A DNA stretch of 64,000 nt. Source: Lytechinus pictus (lineage: Eukaryota). The notes beneath the pieces are model-generated. The model was not told the origin of the DNA, ran no database searches, and worked only from the letters and a program-made list of their open reading frames with translations. Each line of letters opens with the position of its first letter. Within the stretch, counting starts at the first letter, position 1. Of the stretch, positions 25,065 through 37,733 are shown piece by piece. Location: NCBI RefSeq assembly GCF_037042905.1, contig NC_087246.1, positions 7,442,001-7,506,000 of the forward strand, in the 5' to 3' direction. The position numbers and the translations under genes were made by a program.

Positions 25065-25620
25065 AAAAAGAGTTGCCAAAAGCTGTTGGACATGTATAAC
25101 TTTACACATTTATATATATATATATATAAACCTATGTGTGAAGTTATACATGTTCTCCAGCTTTGTCAACCCTTTTATTTAAATAGTGTGTGAAAGAAAT
25201 GGATGAAGAGAACAATGGTAGGCGTAGCTTAAATCAAGGTTCCCCAGAGCTATCTACCCTTTGGAAAAATTGGTGATGCCGAAAAAATGTCTCTGCCGGG
25301 AATCGAACCCGGGCACCCAGCTTTGAACGCCGGTGCCTTAACCACTAGACCACAGAGACGTCAGATAGACAGATTTTCGACACCATACCAATTATAATTT
25401 CCTTTGTCGGGTGAAGGTGGGTTTTGAACAATGACAAGCCGCCATATCTCAGCTGGATCAAAGCTATTGCTTTGATACAGTACACGTATGGGAGAAAGTA
25501 TACAAATGTGTGAAGTTATACATGTACCAATTTTTCCAAAGGGTAGATAGCTCTGGGGAACCTTGATTTAAGCTACGCCTACCATTGTTCTCTTCATCCA
25601 TTTCTTTCACACACTATATA
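25065..25620. mobile_element. (TA)n-associated repeat with inverted duplications enclosing a tRNA-like module (Penelope-like pseudo-LTR architecture suspected)
   Basis: Perfect 92-bp inverted repeat at 25183-25274 / 25526-25617. gtgtgaagttatacatgt occurs at about 25135 and 25508, and inverted at about 25090. Flanked by (ta)n. Confidence 0.65.
25288..25359 (-). tRNA. tRNA-like cloverleaf with TCA anticodon (probably tRNA-Glu-derived, repeat-borne; possible pseudogene)
   Basis: GTCTCTG TG GTCT AGTGGTTA AGGC A CCGGC GTTCAAA GCTGG GTGC CCGGG TTCGATT CCCGG CAGAGAC A. All four stems pair, length is 72 nt, A and B boxes are intact, and TTTTTT follows directly. Confidence 0.55.
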
Positions 25621-25633
25621 TAAACCTGTGTAT

Positions 25634-25942
25634 ATAAACCCCTAAAAAAGGTTTGGAAATCTGACTTTGATCGATAATCAATCCTCGGTTTTAGTGAATA
25701 TTAATGTGTGATAGATACCAATACGAAGAAAAAAGGTGAATTTCAATATTGTGTCATTTTGCAACTTTTGAATTTTGACCTTGCCACACATTTTAAGTCA
25801 CTGCACCTCCATGTGATCAATAATCATATCATGTGTGGTATCATTTTAAAAAGAAGTAAATGATCTTTTGAATGGTGACTTGAAAGTTGGGAGAAAGTAA
25901 TGGCTAGACTCAGATTTCTAAACTTTTTTTTGAGGAGTTTAG
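25634..25942. mobile_element. Tc1/mariner-like MITE (related fragment at about 21752-22270)
   Basis: TIRs taaacccctaaaaaaggtttggaaatctg / cagatttctaaacttttttttgaggagttta in a TA context. Confidence 0.55.
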
Positions 25943-28539
25943 ATATATTATATATGAATCTCATGTAGTCGATATCTTAAAAAGCATAACATACGAACAA
26001 GTAGCCTTGTAAGCCCACCTCATGTCCTCAACTATCCGGCCAGGTTCATTACAAACAATACACCATTCTGAGGCGCAGTGGCATTCGAGGGGGTCTTTCA
26101 GATAATGAAATATTAAGTTAGAAAGGAAAATGATACCTTCAAATCAATCTTTTCAGTTAAAGTTCTTGTTTTCTTCATGATAAACGTTTACTTTTTTCAT
26201 CCATTCACTCTTAAAACACTGAGTAAAAAAATTACCAAATAATTACCTGAACAAATAACTAAATTCGAGATTCTCTTTCAGTTTGCTTGTTTATTTAATT
26301 CTCAAAACATAGTACAGAAAAAACACAGCGTAAGTCAGAATCTAAACACAAACTTTTCTTACTATCACCTTTATCGATAACATCTACATTGTGTTTTAAT
26401 TGGAAAACATTAATAATGTCATAAACATAACATGAATAATTTTTGTTAGTTTGTCTTATTTCAAATTGATCGATTCACGATCAACTTTCTTTCATTGAAT
26501 TCCACATAATACAGATAGCACAAGTGGTAATATTGTACTTTTTGGCACTTAACAGACTACATACAGACCACATACCTGTCCTCTGACAACTATACAAATA
26601 CTCATGTGTTCAATATTAGCCAAATAGATATAGATATCGTGTACATATCAAATACCAGCAAACCAGTGAGACTTAATTTCTACTCTGAGCTCTACAGTAC
26701 ACTGTTAAAAATAATTTAAACAACGCTGTTTACTATGTGAATCGCACATTAGTTGCTGTATTGATCAGATTGTAAACATTGATAAGTCCATATATGAATA
26801 GAGTAAAGTAAACATTTAAATTTATAGCAAATACAGCTTCTAGTGTTTAGTGAGGTTATTCTTCTACAAATTAAAATAAATTGCATATCATTATTCACGC
26901 CAGAGTCATAATAATTACAACAGTCGAAAAAATTTACTTGATAGAAATTTGAAGTTCAACGGTAATTTTATTTCCTTTCCAAGTCAACATTTCAAAGTAT
27001 TATGGTACATTCACAGGTAGGGACACTAGGCCTATGTACAATTGAGAGCTTAATACATCGATTTTTTTTATACAAATAAGATTATGTACAAGGAGGGTTT
27101 CCAATAGCTCTTACAAGAATGTTTTTAGCGAAGTGAAGGATGGATCAATATTGTCTTTTAATGCATCTCAGGAACCAAACAAAATGTTATTTTGTTCAAT
27201 ATTATTTTAGCATTACAATTCGATAATCAACTTTAATTTTTGCAATGTAATAGACAATGCATTATTTCTATACAAAATAAAATAAAATGTGATTTATATC
27301 TCTTGATTAGATCTATTAATTTTGTATAATTATTATTTTAATTTTCTGTAGACACAAGCTTTTGTACAATAAGAATTTGTGGAGAAACTAGAAAAAAAGA
27401 TTGCATGCATGGTAATAATTTCAAAGTGTCACGTTTTCAAGTATTTCACTGTTAAAAAGATTAACGTATATACATGTAAAGTAACCAAGTACCAAAACAG
27501 TTCAAAGAAAAAAGGCTAATGAAAACAAGCAAGTTAATTAGTCTTCACAGAATCGTTATGTTGTTAATTTTTTATATAACGGCGTTAGAAACAAAAATAA
27601 TGACAAAATCACCTTTCAGAATATTATTTCAGACATTAATAAGTATGTGTCAAGTAATAGTTTCTTTCTTTCTTTTTTTGAAAACCATTCAACAGAAACG
27701 CAATTAAAGTGAATTAAAAACTTCGCAGTTGATGTTCCCACTCTGTCGATTAATCTTCCCTTTCATCTCATCCCATAAATTCATACAAAATCAGTTTTTC
27801 ATAGAGAATTTGAAGTAATGTTACGCCTATATACATAATATATACAGTACAATAAACAATACAACGAAAAGACGAATGACATAAAGACTATCCATCAAGT
27901 CTGCTCTTTTTAATCTAACCAGCAAAACGTTTCTTACAATCCTAATTCATCGAGTACTGATCATATTTGTTCTACATTTATCATTACTTCCCGTACATGA
28001 TCATTGATTTCTTAATTTATTATCTAATTTTTTAAAAATGCATTAATTTCAATGCAAAGTGTTTGGAAACTCTTGTTAAAAGTGCTCTATATACAGCATA
28101 CAACAGTACACACCCTTATCATACGAATATTGTTTAGTATATGAATATTTAGCCGAATTCTTAGTATTTACACTTCCATATTAAGCCAAGGGCAGTCGAA
28201 CGTATTTTTGTTTGGGGTGGGCAAAACCCAAAAGGGCACTTATATGTCAAAATTGTCATTTTGGTGCAATAGGATATTTCCTACATGGATAATCATCTGC
28301 GTTGTTGTAGGTCTACCTAATTAAGTTTAGCAAAGCCTTTTTGGATTGATTTCTGATTATTAAGATACATGTATATATTTAGGTTTAATTTTTTTCCGCG
28401 AGCGGGTTGAAAAATTTGCATAGGCCCTCAACTTGAAACTCGATTTTTAGTTAATTGTGACGTTAATTACATATCAACGAACGTAGAGGGCAGCAACACA
28501 GAAGCGTGACAAGCGTGTTGCTCCAAGGAAGGTTAACGC

Positions 28540-30918
28540 CAACGAACGTAGAGGGCAGCAACACACAAGCGTGTTGCTCTAAGGAAGGTCAACTCGATAC
28601 GCGCATGCAGCTGAGCTACGCGCATGTTTTATCATTTATGCCAACGAAATCATACGCCGATCTAATACAATAACAAATTAGTAGCGATCACGAAAACAAT
28701 ATGAAAGAATATGACTACAACGATATCAAAGATAACATTTAAAAAATTATGTTGGAGAATATACGTACATTTAAAAACATACATTGATATTTAAAATTTT
28801 ACAAATATAAGTTTCAGAAACTAAATCATTACCAAATCGGTGATTGTTGTTATCAGCGATTTCACCAGACGGCTGTATTAAGTGATTTGCGTCGAGACGA
28901 TTTTGTGACCACTCGCAAAGCATTTCGGGATTGAATACACCCACCTTATTTTCTCTGAGCACTTCGCTGAACCCATCATCACAGTGCAGCTGCAGCGCAG
29001 CCAATGCAATGCATCCGATGCGTGGGTTGTTGTTTTTTTCACCGTCCATGCCATGGTCTCGGACTCGGAGTTTAAATTTAGACCCGGATTTCGGGGATAC
29101 AGCGCCTTTATTTCAGATTTATTGACTTAAAAGTCAAATGATATTTGAAATTTGAAATCTCACCGTGAACAATCATCGTTGATAAACATCAGCCCTGAAT
29201 CAATTGCACTTCAAATCAGACTAGGCAAATTGGACGTAATTGTCTACGTTGCTAGGTCTATGACAACGAACGTAGAGGGCAGCAACACACAAGCGTGTTG
29301 CTCTAAGGAAGATCAACTCCGCTCGAATTTTGTGACCACTCTAAAAAATAAGGTGGGGTTTTTGGAAATTTATCGAGTTGATTTTTTTCATTTGTTAATT
29401 TCAAATATTTTTTAATGAACAATTATTAGATCGGTTATTCTGGGTATAAATATTAATAATATTACTTTTATTTTTAAAGAAAATAATTAGCTTAGATAAT
29501 CATGATTTTGACATTTCCCTCATTTTGGAATATCAAGTCAATGACGAGGATACCTCATCTCTCTTATTTTCTTCTGCTGAATTTCGCTGCACCACTAATA
29601 AATGCATAGACAACCACCGAAATAATCGAGGAAATTTTTCTGGCCTGGGTGCGCCGAGTCTGGCCCGGTCGCGCAGCTAGCTAGTGACGTTGATGATGCG
29701 CTGGGGCTTCAGGCGACTCGCCATAGACCTTCTAGCAACATAGACAATTACGTCCAATTTGCCTAGTCTGATTTGAAGTGCAATTGCTTCAGGGCTGATG
29801 TTTATCAACGATGATTGTTCAAGGTTAGATTTCAAATTTCAAATGTCATTTGACTTTTAAGTCTATAAATCTGAAATAAAGGCGCTGTATCCCCGAAATC
29901 CGGGTCTAAAATTAAACTCCGAGTCCGAGACCATGGCATGGACGGTGAAAAACAACAACCCACGCATCGGATGCATTGCATTGGCTGCGCGCTGCGCTGC
30001 AGCTGCACTGTGGTGATGGGTTCAGCGAAGAGCTCAGAGAAAATAAGGTGGGTATATTCAATCCCGAAATGCTTTGCGAGTGGTCACAAAATCGTCTCGA
30101 CGCAAATCACCTAATACAGCCGTCTGGTGAAATCGCCGATAACAACAATCACCGATTTGGTAATGATTTAGTTTCTAAAACTTATATTTATAAAGTTTTA
30201 AATATCAATGTATGTTTTTAAATGTATGTATATTCTCCAACATAATTTTTTAATGTTATCTTTGATATCGTTGTAGTCATATTCTTTCATATTGTTTTCG
30301 TGATCGCTACTAATTTGTTGTTGTATTGGATCGGCATTTGATTTCGTTGCCATGAACAATAAAATATGCGCGTACCTCAGCTGCATGCGCGTATTGAGTT
30401 GACCTTCCTTAGAGCAACACGCTTGTGTGTTGCTGCCCTCTACGTTCGTTGGTCTATGACGAGTCGCCTGAAGCCCCAGCGCGTCATCAACGTCACTAGC
30501 TAGCTGCGCGACCGGCCCAGACTCGGCGCACCCAGGCCAGAAGAATGACCTCGATTATTACGGTGGTTGTCTATGCATTTATTAGTGGTGCAGCGAAATT
30601 CAGCAGAAGAAAATAAGAGATATGAGGTATCCTCGTCATAGATTTATTATTCCAAAATGAGGGAAAATGGCAAAATCATGATTATTTAAGCTAAATATTT
30701 TCTTTAAAAATGAAATTAATACCTTTAATATTTATACCCAGAATAACCGATCTAATAATTGTTCATTAAAAAATATTTGAAATTAACAAATGAAAAAAAA
30801 TCAACTCGATAAATTTCCAAAAAACCCACCTTATTTTTTAGAGTGGTCACAAAATTCGAGCAGAGTTGACCTTCCTTAGAGCAACACGCTTGTGTGTTGC
30901 TGCCCTCTACGTTCGTTG
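28540..30918 (+). mobile_element. ~1.18-kb MITE with ~55-bp TIRs, CA...TG ends and 8-bp TSD (hAT/P-like); middle copy
   Basis: TIR caacgaacgtagagggcagcaacacacaagcgtgttgctctaaggaaggtcaactc. TSD gttaacgc at 28532-28539 and 30919-30926. Confidence 0.88.
29264..30451 (-). mobile_element. Same MITE family; complete innermost copy in inverted orientation
   Basis: Full TIRs, 1188 bp. TSD gtctatga at 29256-29263 and 30452-30459. Confidence 0.9.
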
Positions 30919-32318
30919 GTTAACGCCAAAGGTCAACGCGCATGCAGCTGAGCTGCGCGCATATTTTATTGTTCATGTCAACGAAATCGAATGCCGATCC
31001 AATTCAACAACAAATTAGTAGCGATCAAGAAACGAATATGAAAGAATATGACTACAACCATATCAAAGGTTACATTAAAAAATATGTTGAGGAATAGACA
31101 TACATATAAAAACATACTTCGATATTTGAAACTTTACAAAATATAAGTTTCAGGAAACTAAAATCATTACCGAATCGGAGATTGTTGTTATCAGCGATTT
31201 CACCAGACGGCTGTTTTAGGTGATTTGCGCCGAGACGATTTTGTGACCACTCGCAAAGCATTACGGGATTGAATATAACAACCTTATTTTCTCTGAGCTC
31301 TTCGCTGAACCCATCATCACTCTATGCTTAAGCTACATTATGCTGCGTCGTCTGCTTAGATCAACCTTTAGTCTTGCACTGGTACTTCTTCTGCTATAGG
31401 CGTCGATCAGCATTTATCTGCAGCCCATAGGCCGTGACTCATTTATTTATTTATTTATTACTGATTTAGAACCGACAGCAATGCCAATGGGTATTAAAAA
31501 AAATCATTCACGTACATCTGTCAGTAGTATGTTATCATTTCTTTTCACCATTTCCCAAAAACTTATGAATTTAGAAATACATTCTAATCAGTAAAAAGCA
31601 CTAGCGTACCTACGAGTCACAACCCATACAAAAGACGTACGTATCTTTGCCCCCCTGACGAGCTTGAAGACCTTTATTGCCCCCTGACGAGCTTGAAGAC
31701 TCTTTTTTTTGCTTGTCAATTTTTTTCCGGTACGAAAGCCTTTATTTGTGATCGATCGAAGAACTTTTTTTTTGCTTGTCAATTTTTTTGGCGGACGGTC
31801 CCCCCTGTGGAAAACCTGAAATGTATGGTTTTACTTAAAAAGGCTATTTCATATAGAAAAGTACACATTATAGTTTTTAAAAAGGACTTTTTTCTCCGAG
31901 GATTTTTTTTTGGGGGATTGCCCCCCACCCTTTCCCCTCGGTCCCGCCGCCCCGGTGTTAAGCCAATTTGGCATATTTGTGCTGGAAAGAACTTTTTATT
32001 AATAGTGTAATGGTTTACTGTGTGGTAATGTGATTCACACCATTAAAATGCTCAAATTTATCAAGTTATTTTTATTTTTACGAGAAATCTAACTTTTGTG
32101 TGCAAACAACTTTGGCAAAGCTAATCGCATCATCTTGCTGTTGGTCATTTCGGTCAATTTCGCTGAAATTGATTCATATATCATATGAAATTACTTCCAG
32201 ATATTGACAAGATCTTGCATATCTCAATCCACCAAGCATGCTAATTGGACCAAAACGACTTGAGATTTCCTTGAGTCTGTTCTTTCTGGTATCCTGATTA
32301 TGTTTCAAACATAACAGC

Positions 32319-32345
32319 TTATTCATTATCCTCATGCATGTCTTC
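32319..32345 (-). CDS. Probable terminal coding exon of the LRR/NLR-like gene (EDMHEDNE*)
   Basis: Long pyrimidine tract and aaatag| acceptor; phase 0 matches the previous exon; TAA at 32321-32319. Confidence 0.55.
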   Translation of the reverse strand, partial: EDMHEDNE

Positions 32346-32818
32346 CTATTTATTGATATAAAAATGAAACAAAAAGAAAACATCTAACAGTGTGGAAAGC
32401 ATAGGTATTAGAAATATACACTCTGGATGAATCAATAAAGAAACCAACTTGTAGTTCAAAGTAATAGGTCATCTTAGGTCATCATAGATCACTCAAAACT
32501 CACTTATTTAAGTAGAATTGTAGTAATTAGCTTGGATGAGCCTGTACATGTGAATGTTACTAACAGATATAATCTATGATGCAATATAAATGCTGTGGAT
32601 CATCATCAAATTCTCTTTAAAATATTTGATGAAAAGCTACATTCAAGTTTTAAGCAATGGATTAAATCAATACAACCATTTTGAACTCTTGGCTCATTTG
32701 CACACTTCGCGACTCTCTGTCATATGTCTGAATCCCAATTCCGTTTTATCCCAATTCCGTTTTAAATAATTTTGACATGCATTGGATCAACCACAAGGGA
32801 GATGATAAGGCAACTTAC

Positions 32819-32912
32819 CGGTCCATGAGTAACATTTACTGTAAGCTTCCTTTCATTGTTAACCTTGATAATCTCAGCATCCAGATATCCATCTGTCGAA
32901 CATGAATCCATC
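32819..32912 (-). CDS. LRR/NLR-like gene exon ((E)MDSCSTDGYLDAEIIKVNNERKLTVNVTHGP)
   Basis: cgatag| acceptor and |gtaagt donor; phase-2 entry matches the end of exon 35435. Confidence 0.7.
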
Positions 32913-32927
32913 CTATCGAACAATAAT

Positions 32928-35300
32928 CAGGTGATAAAGCATTTGTTCAGAATTATAGACCGATAGCTATTTTACCTGTGCTCTCCAAGATCATTGAAAG
33001 AGCTGTAAGTTCAAGCCTTCTTAAACATCTTCTTCAACAAGAAATATTGTCTCCTAATCAGTTTGGCTTTAGGCCTAATCATTCATGCGAGACAGCACTA
33101 CTTTGTATGGTTGATGATTGGTCAAGCAGGTAGATGATGGGAGACTGAACGGTGTTGCATTCACTGACTTACGTCGTGCTTTCGACAGAACAGACCGTAC
33201 TTAGAAAACCGTAGACAATTTGTTTCTATTGGTAATGAAAAGTCTTCTACAAAAGAAATTAATGTAGGTGTCCCTCAGGGCTCAATTCTTGCTCCGGTTC
33301 TGTTTTCACTATTTATCAACGACTTATCGAATCATGTTAGTGCCTCAGTGTATATGTACGCAGATGACACTACTATTTCAGTATCTGGTAAGACTACATC
33401 AGAGGTCGAAACCCGGGGGGGGGGGGGGCACTTACATTGACGAGTGGATACCATGCGCGACCAAAAAACACGTAAATAGGATGTCTTTTTCACGATAGGG
33501 CACGTTACGTACGTAACGTGATAAGGGTGTCAAAAACACAAAAATAATGAAAAAAGGGTATCTATTTCGCTAGGACAATTACGTGTTTAGGGTCGAATTT
33601 GCGGGGATAATAAAACAAAATTAAAATGTTCTATAAAGGATGTCCTTTTGTCCCAACACTTCATGTTTAGAGTCCAATTTTCGCGAGATGTAGAAGATGG
33701 GGTCGTACTAAACCAAATTAGGTAAAGCCGACGACCGAAGGACCCGTAACAATAAAACATTCCTACTTGTTTAGGGGTTCATTTCAGGGAATATTTGCCA
33801 AGAGTATCGTTTTGTTTCCAATACTTGTTAAGGGTAGGGTTTCACACGCCAATACTTGTTAAGGGGTGCATTTTCAGAATATGGAAATTACGTGTTTAGG
33901 GTGCTTTTCGAGACCCCATGGTCGCGCATGGTATCCACTCGTGAATGGAACTGGCCCCCCCCCCCGGGGGTCGAAACCAATCTTACAGAGGCTCTATACG
34001 AGACCTATTCATGGATAAGAAATAATAAACTGATCTTAAACTATAATAAAACAAAAGTAATGCTATTAGGGTCAAAACAAAAAACTAAGTACTACCCATA
34101 ATCAACAAATATCAATGAATATACATGGCTGTACCCTAGAATGTGTAAATGAAGTGAAGTGTCAGTTGGGCGTAACTATCGATAATTGCCTTGACTTTAA
34201 GCAATATACTAATTCAATGTCAAACCTTATCAAACGTAAACTTGGAATTATTCGTAGGAATAAACATTATTTTAACTCAACTTTCCAAACTTTATTGGGA
34301 ATATGTCATTCCCCATATCCTCTATTGTTCAAATGTTTGGTTTGGCAGATCAGAAGGAAATTATGACACGCTAAACAGATTACATAAAAGGGCAGCGTAC
34401 CTGATATCAAATCGCACATGGATGACACGTTCTGAAATCGTGTTTAAAGAACTAAACTGGCCCTCTCTAAACAAAGTTCTCCATAGAGCCTCATGTGTTC
34501 TTATGTATAAGTGTGTCAACAAATTATCGCCCGCCATTTTATACGATAGACTTTCATTTGTCGATGATGTCTCTACGAGAACCACACGTAGTTCTGAGAA
34601 ATTGCTCCTGAGATTGCCAAAATGTCGTAAGACATTTTACCAAAAATCTTTCCTTTTCTAGGCTCTTTCAATTGGAACCAACTGCCTGACAATATAAAGT
34701 TTTCAAAATCCATTCACTTTTTCAAATACCAACTTAAACACACATAGACAAATCACATCATTCATTTTAATCAGTATAATACACACTTATCATCCACTAC
34801 TCCATTGTCCGTGCCGTTCCTAAAGTACACTTAATCTAGATTGCTACTCCTTTCTTATCTTTCTGTTATTCTTATTATTTAGACATTAAAACGTGTTGTG
34901 TTTTGTTTTCTTTTTGTCTCAATGTATATTAGTAATAAAATTACCAAATGATGCAATATGTCTTCTGCTCATTTTTTTTTTATTCCAAAATTAAATTTAT
35001 TAGTACTGTGCAATACATTGCCTTATGTCTTAACGATCTTTCATCCTTTTAAATTTTTCTTTTAAAATATAATCACCGAGCCCTGAGGAAAACCAGCTTT
35101 TAATGTTAGTGTTTTGCATATTTATATCATGTATCTTGCCATCTGTATCTCGTAGCATATTCTCGTATTTTTACCTTGTAATTGTTACTTTTTTCTCCAT
35201 CTCATAATGTCCTGTTGTTATGTTTTTCGTATATTGTATATTTTTTATGCTGATCAGGTCACCCTGTTTAAATATTCGAGAATAAATAAATAAATAAATA
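32928..35300 (+). mobile_element. 5'-truncated, frameshifted CR1/L2-group LINE (RT domain and 3' UTR with (TAAA)n tail)
   Basis: NYRPIAILPVLSKIIERAV, QFGFRPNHSCETALL, GVPQGSILAPVLFSLFINDL and YADDT motifs; C-terminal ORF 34191-34661; tail at 35281-35300. Confidence 0.9.
33412..33968. mobile_element. CCCGGG-ended MITE with 8-bp TSD, inserted in the LINE RT just after YADDT
   Basis: TSD ggtcgaaa at 33404-33411 and 33969-33976; same family as 23226-23767. Confidence 0.9.
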
Positions 35301-35434
35301 GATTATAGGAAAGTGACAGCATATTTCAGAACATTCACGAAAAAATGCTTTTAAATAGTGACACAAAGTATGAAACTAAAATGCACTTTAATGTTAATAG
35401 TGATAATGAGCACACATTGCTAAAATCGACTCAC

Positions 35435-35790
35435 TCGATGAATTTCAGGGTTGGATGTTTTCTGCAACATTCGATGACCTGTGATGCCTTCTCATTGTAC
35501 AGCTTAATGCGGGTGAGAGTCAGCTTGATGAGTCTAGGGCATGACTTCTTCAGAGCGTTGTAGAATTTTACAGGATCAAGGGATCTTAGCCAATGGATGT
35601 GAAGTTCAGTCAGACTAGGGAACGGTGAACATGCTGTGGTGATAATAATTGATGAGTCAAGATCCTCGTCGTAGAAGAAGACAGTTAGTTTCTTAACCTT
35701 TGAACAGGACGTTGGAAGTTGAAGTTCCCACAGCGCAGCAACACTACCACAATCAACTGACAGGTCGTTCACAGAACTTGCGACGCGTTT
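35435..35790 (-). CDS. LRR/NLR-like gene exon (KRVASSVNDLSV...CSKVKKLTV...FPSLTELHI...CPRLIKLTL...HPTLKFIE)
   Basis: cttcag| acceptor and |gtgagt donor; 356 nt open; repeated LxxLxL motifs. Confidence 0.85.
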
Positions 35791-36432
35791 CTGAAGGATC
35801 GTAGCAATTTTGAAAAACAAGGTTTTATTACCTGAACTTTGACTGAATAGGGCCTATATATTAATTTTGGATCTTGAAAACAATCAAAAGTCATAAAAAG
35901 CAGAGGACAGTATTAATGTACATGGAGATGATTATGTGATCCCTATATATTTATCATCTATGGAACCATGGACCCGATGGAAATAAGATCCATATTGTAA
36001 CAAAAAATTCAATATACTGATTAAACAATAATATTTTGCCCAACCATAACTCAAGAAATACATTATATGGAAGGAAAACATATAATCAAAGGATGCATGT
36101 AAAACACCAAGGAATGGAATTCTTTTAATTAGCGCCAAAATAAACCACAAAACAAGTTACAAGACTTACAATTTCAACAATTTTTCAAATCGCTCCCTTC
36201 CGGTGCTCGTTCGCGGCATATTATGTATTCATATTCTACATTTCCAATTTCAATGAATTCAAAAAGGTTTTGTTGAGTTTACTTTACCACGAAACACACA
36301 GCTATAACTATATTTCAGGCAGAAACGAAATCTGTTCAGGGAATTATCACTACTATGGCTAAGGCACATTTTCCTATCCAGTGGCCGTACGGTGAGTCAG
36401 CTATACATACAGGTGGTTTGAATAAAATAAAT

Positions 36433-37499
36433 ACAAGTGGAATGCCTCTGGCGGTCTCGCCTGCATCACGCGATTCAATATAGTAGCAACGCTGATTTTG
36501 AAAACTACTATAACTCGCACAAGATGTTTAGTGATACTTGGTTACTCTTATTTCCACATTTTATGAACTAGACCAATACATTTACAGAGATATGATGGTA
36601 ATTCAACAAATACCCCCAACGTGGCCAAAAATCATTGACCTTACATGACCTTTGACCTTACTAATGTTACCTGAAACTCGCACAGGATGTTCAGTGATAC
36701 TTAATTACTCTTATGTCCAAGTTTCACGAGTCAGACCCATACACTTTCAAAGTTATGATGGTAATTCAACAGATACCCCCATTATGGCCAAAGTGCATTG
36801 ACTTTTGACCTTGGTCATGCGACCTAAAATGCGCACAAGATGTTCAGTGATACTTAATTACTCTTATGTCCAAGTTTTATGAAGTAGACCAACATACTTT
36901 CAAAGTTATGATGGTAATTCAACAAATACCCCAATTTGGTCAAAGTTCATTGACCCTAAATGACCTCTGACCTTGATCATGTGACCTGAAACTTGCACAG
37001 GATAATAAGTAATTCTTGATTACTATTATGTCCAAGTTTCATGAATAACATCCATAAACTTTCAAAGTTATGGTAATTCAACAGATACCCCCAATTCGGC
37101 CAAAGTTCATTGACCCTAAATGACCATTGACCTTGGTCATGTGACGTGAAACTCATGCAGAATGTTCAGTGATACTTGATTAACCTTATCTATAAGTTTC
37201 ATGAACTAGGTCGATATATTTTTTAAGTTATGATGACATTTCGAAAACTTAACCTTAGGTTAAGATTTTGATTCCCCCAACATGGTCTAAGTTCATTGAC
37301 CCTAAATGACCTTTGTCATGTGACATGAAACTCAGGCAGGATGTTCAGTAATACTTGATTAAGCTTATGGCCAAGTTTCATGAAATAGGTCCATATACTT
37401 TCTAAGTTATGCTGTCATTTCAAAAACTTAACCTCAGGTTAAGATTTGGTATTGACGCCGCCGCCGGAAAAGCGGCGCCTATAGTCCGAGTCTCACTCT
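36433..37499 (-). mobile_element. HINE/Helentron-like element with ~160-bp tandem repeats (intronic)
   Basis: End acaagtggaatgcctctggcggtctcgcctgcatc; tandem units with gatgttcagtgatacttgatt and tgacctttgacct; (gcc)n and ggaaaagcggcgcctatagt at the other end. Confidence 0.8.
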
Positions 37500-37733
37500 T
37501 TCTCTCCCCTTCTCTAAAGGAAACGGAAACACGTTCCGCCGTTTGTGATCCCGCATGCTATAGTTTCAAGGAATTTAAATACTTATGAGTTTTCTTTTTT
37601 AAGGAGCCCTTTCCAGTGCCTTTCCATGAGAGGAAATGTCAATTTTTCCCTGTGTCCTCTCCACTTTGAACTTCGCTCCGCCGCCCCTGTTTTCATTATC
37701 GAAACAGTTTGAATTAAAAGTTCATCAACTAAC

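Larger units (their letters stand above)
28475..31320 (+). mobile_element. Oldest, truncated copy of the CAACGAAC-ended MITE, hosting two nested copies
   Basis: Left TIR at 28475. Internal sequence resumes at 30927 after the TSD and breaks off at about 31320. More diverged than the inner copies. Confidence 0.75.

Noticed and set aside
25288..25359. Selenocysteine tRNA
   Set aside because: 72 nt with a 4-nt variable loop and a 7/5 fold; tRNA-Sec has a long variable arm and a 9/4 fold.
28475..30918. Five ~55-bp repeats as CRISPR or recombination sites
   Set aside because: Fully explained as TIRs of three nested MITE copies with 8-bp TSDs.
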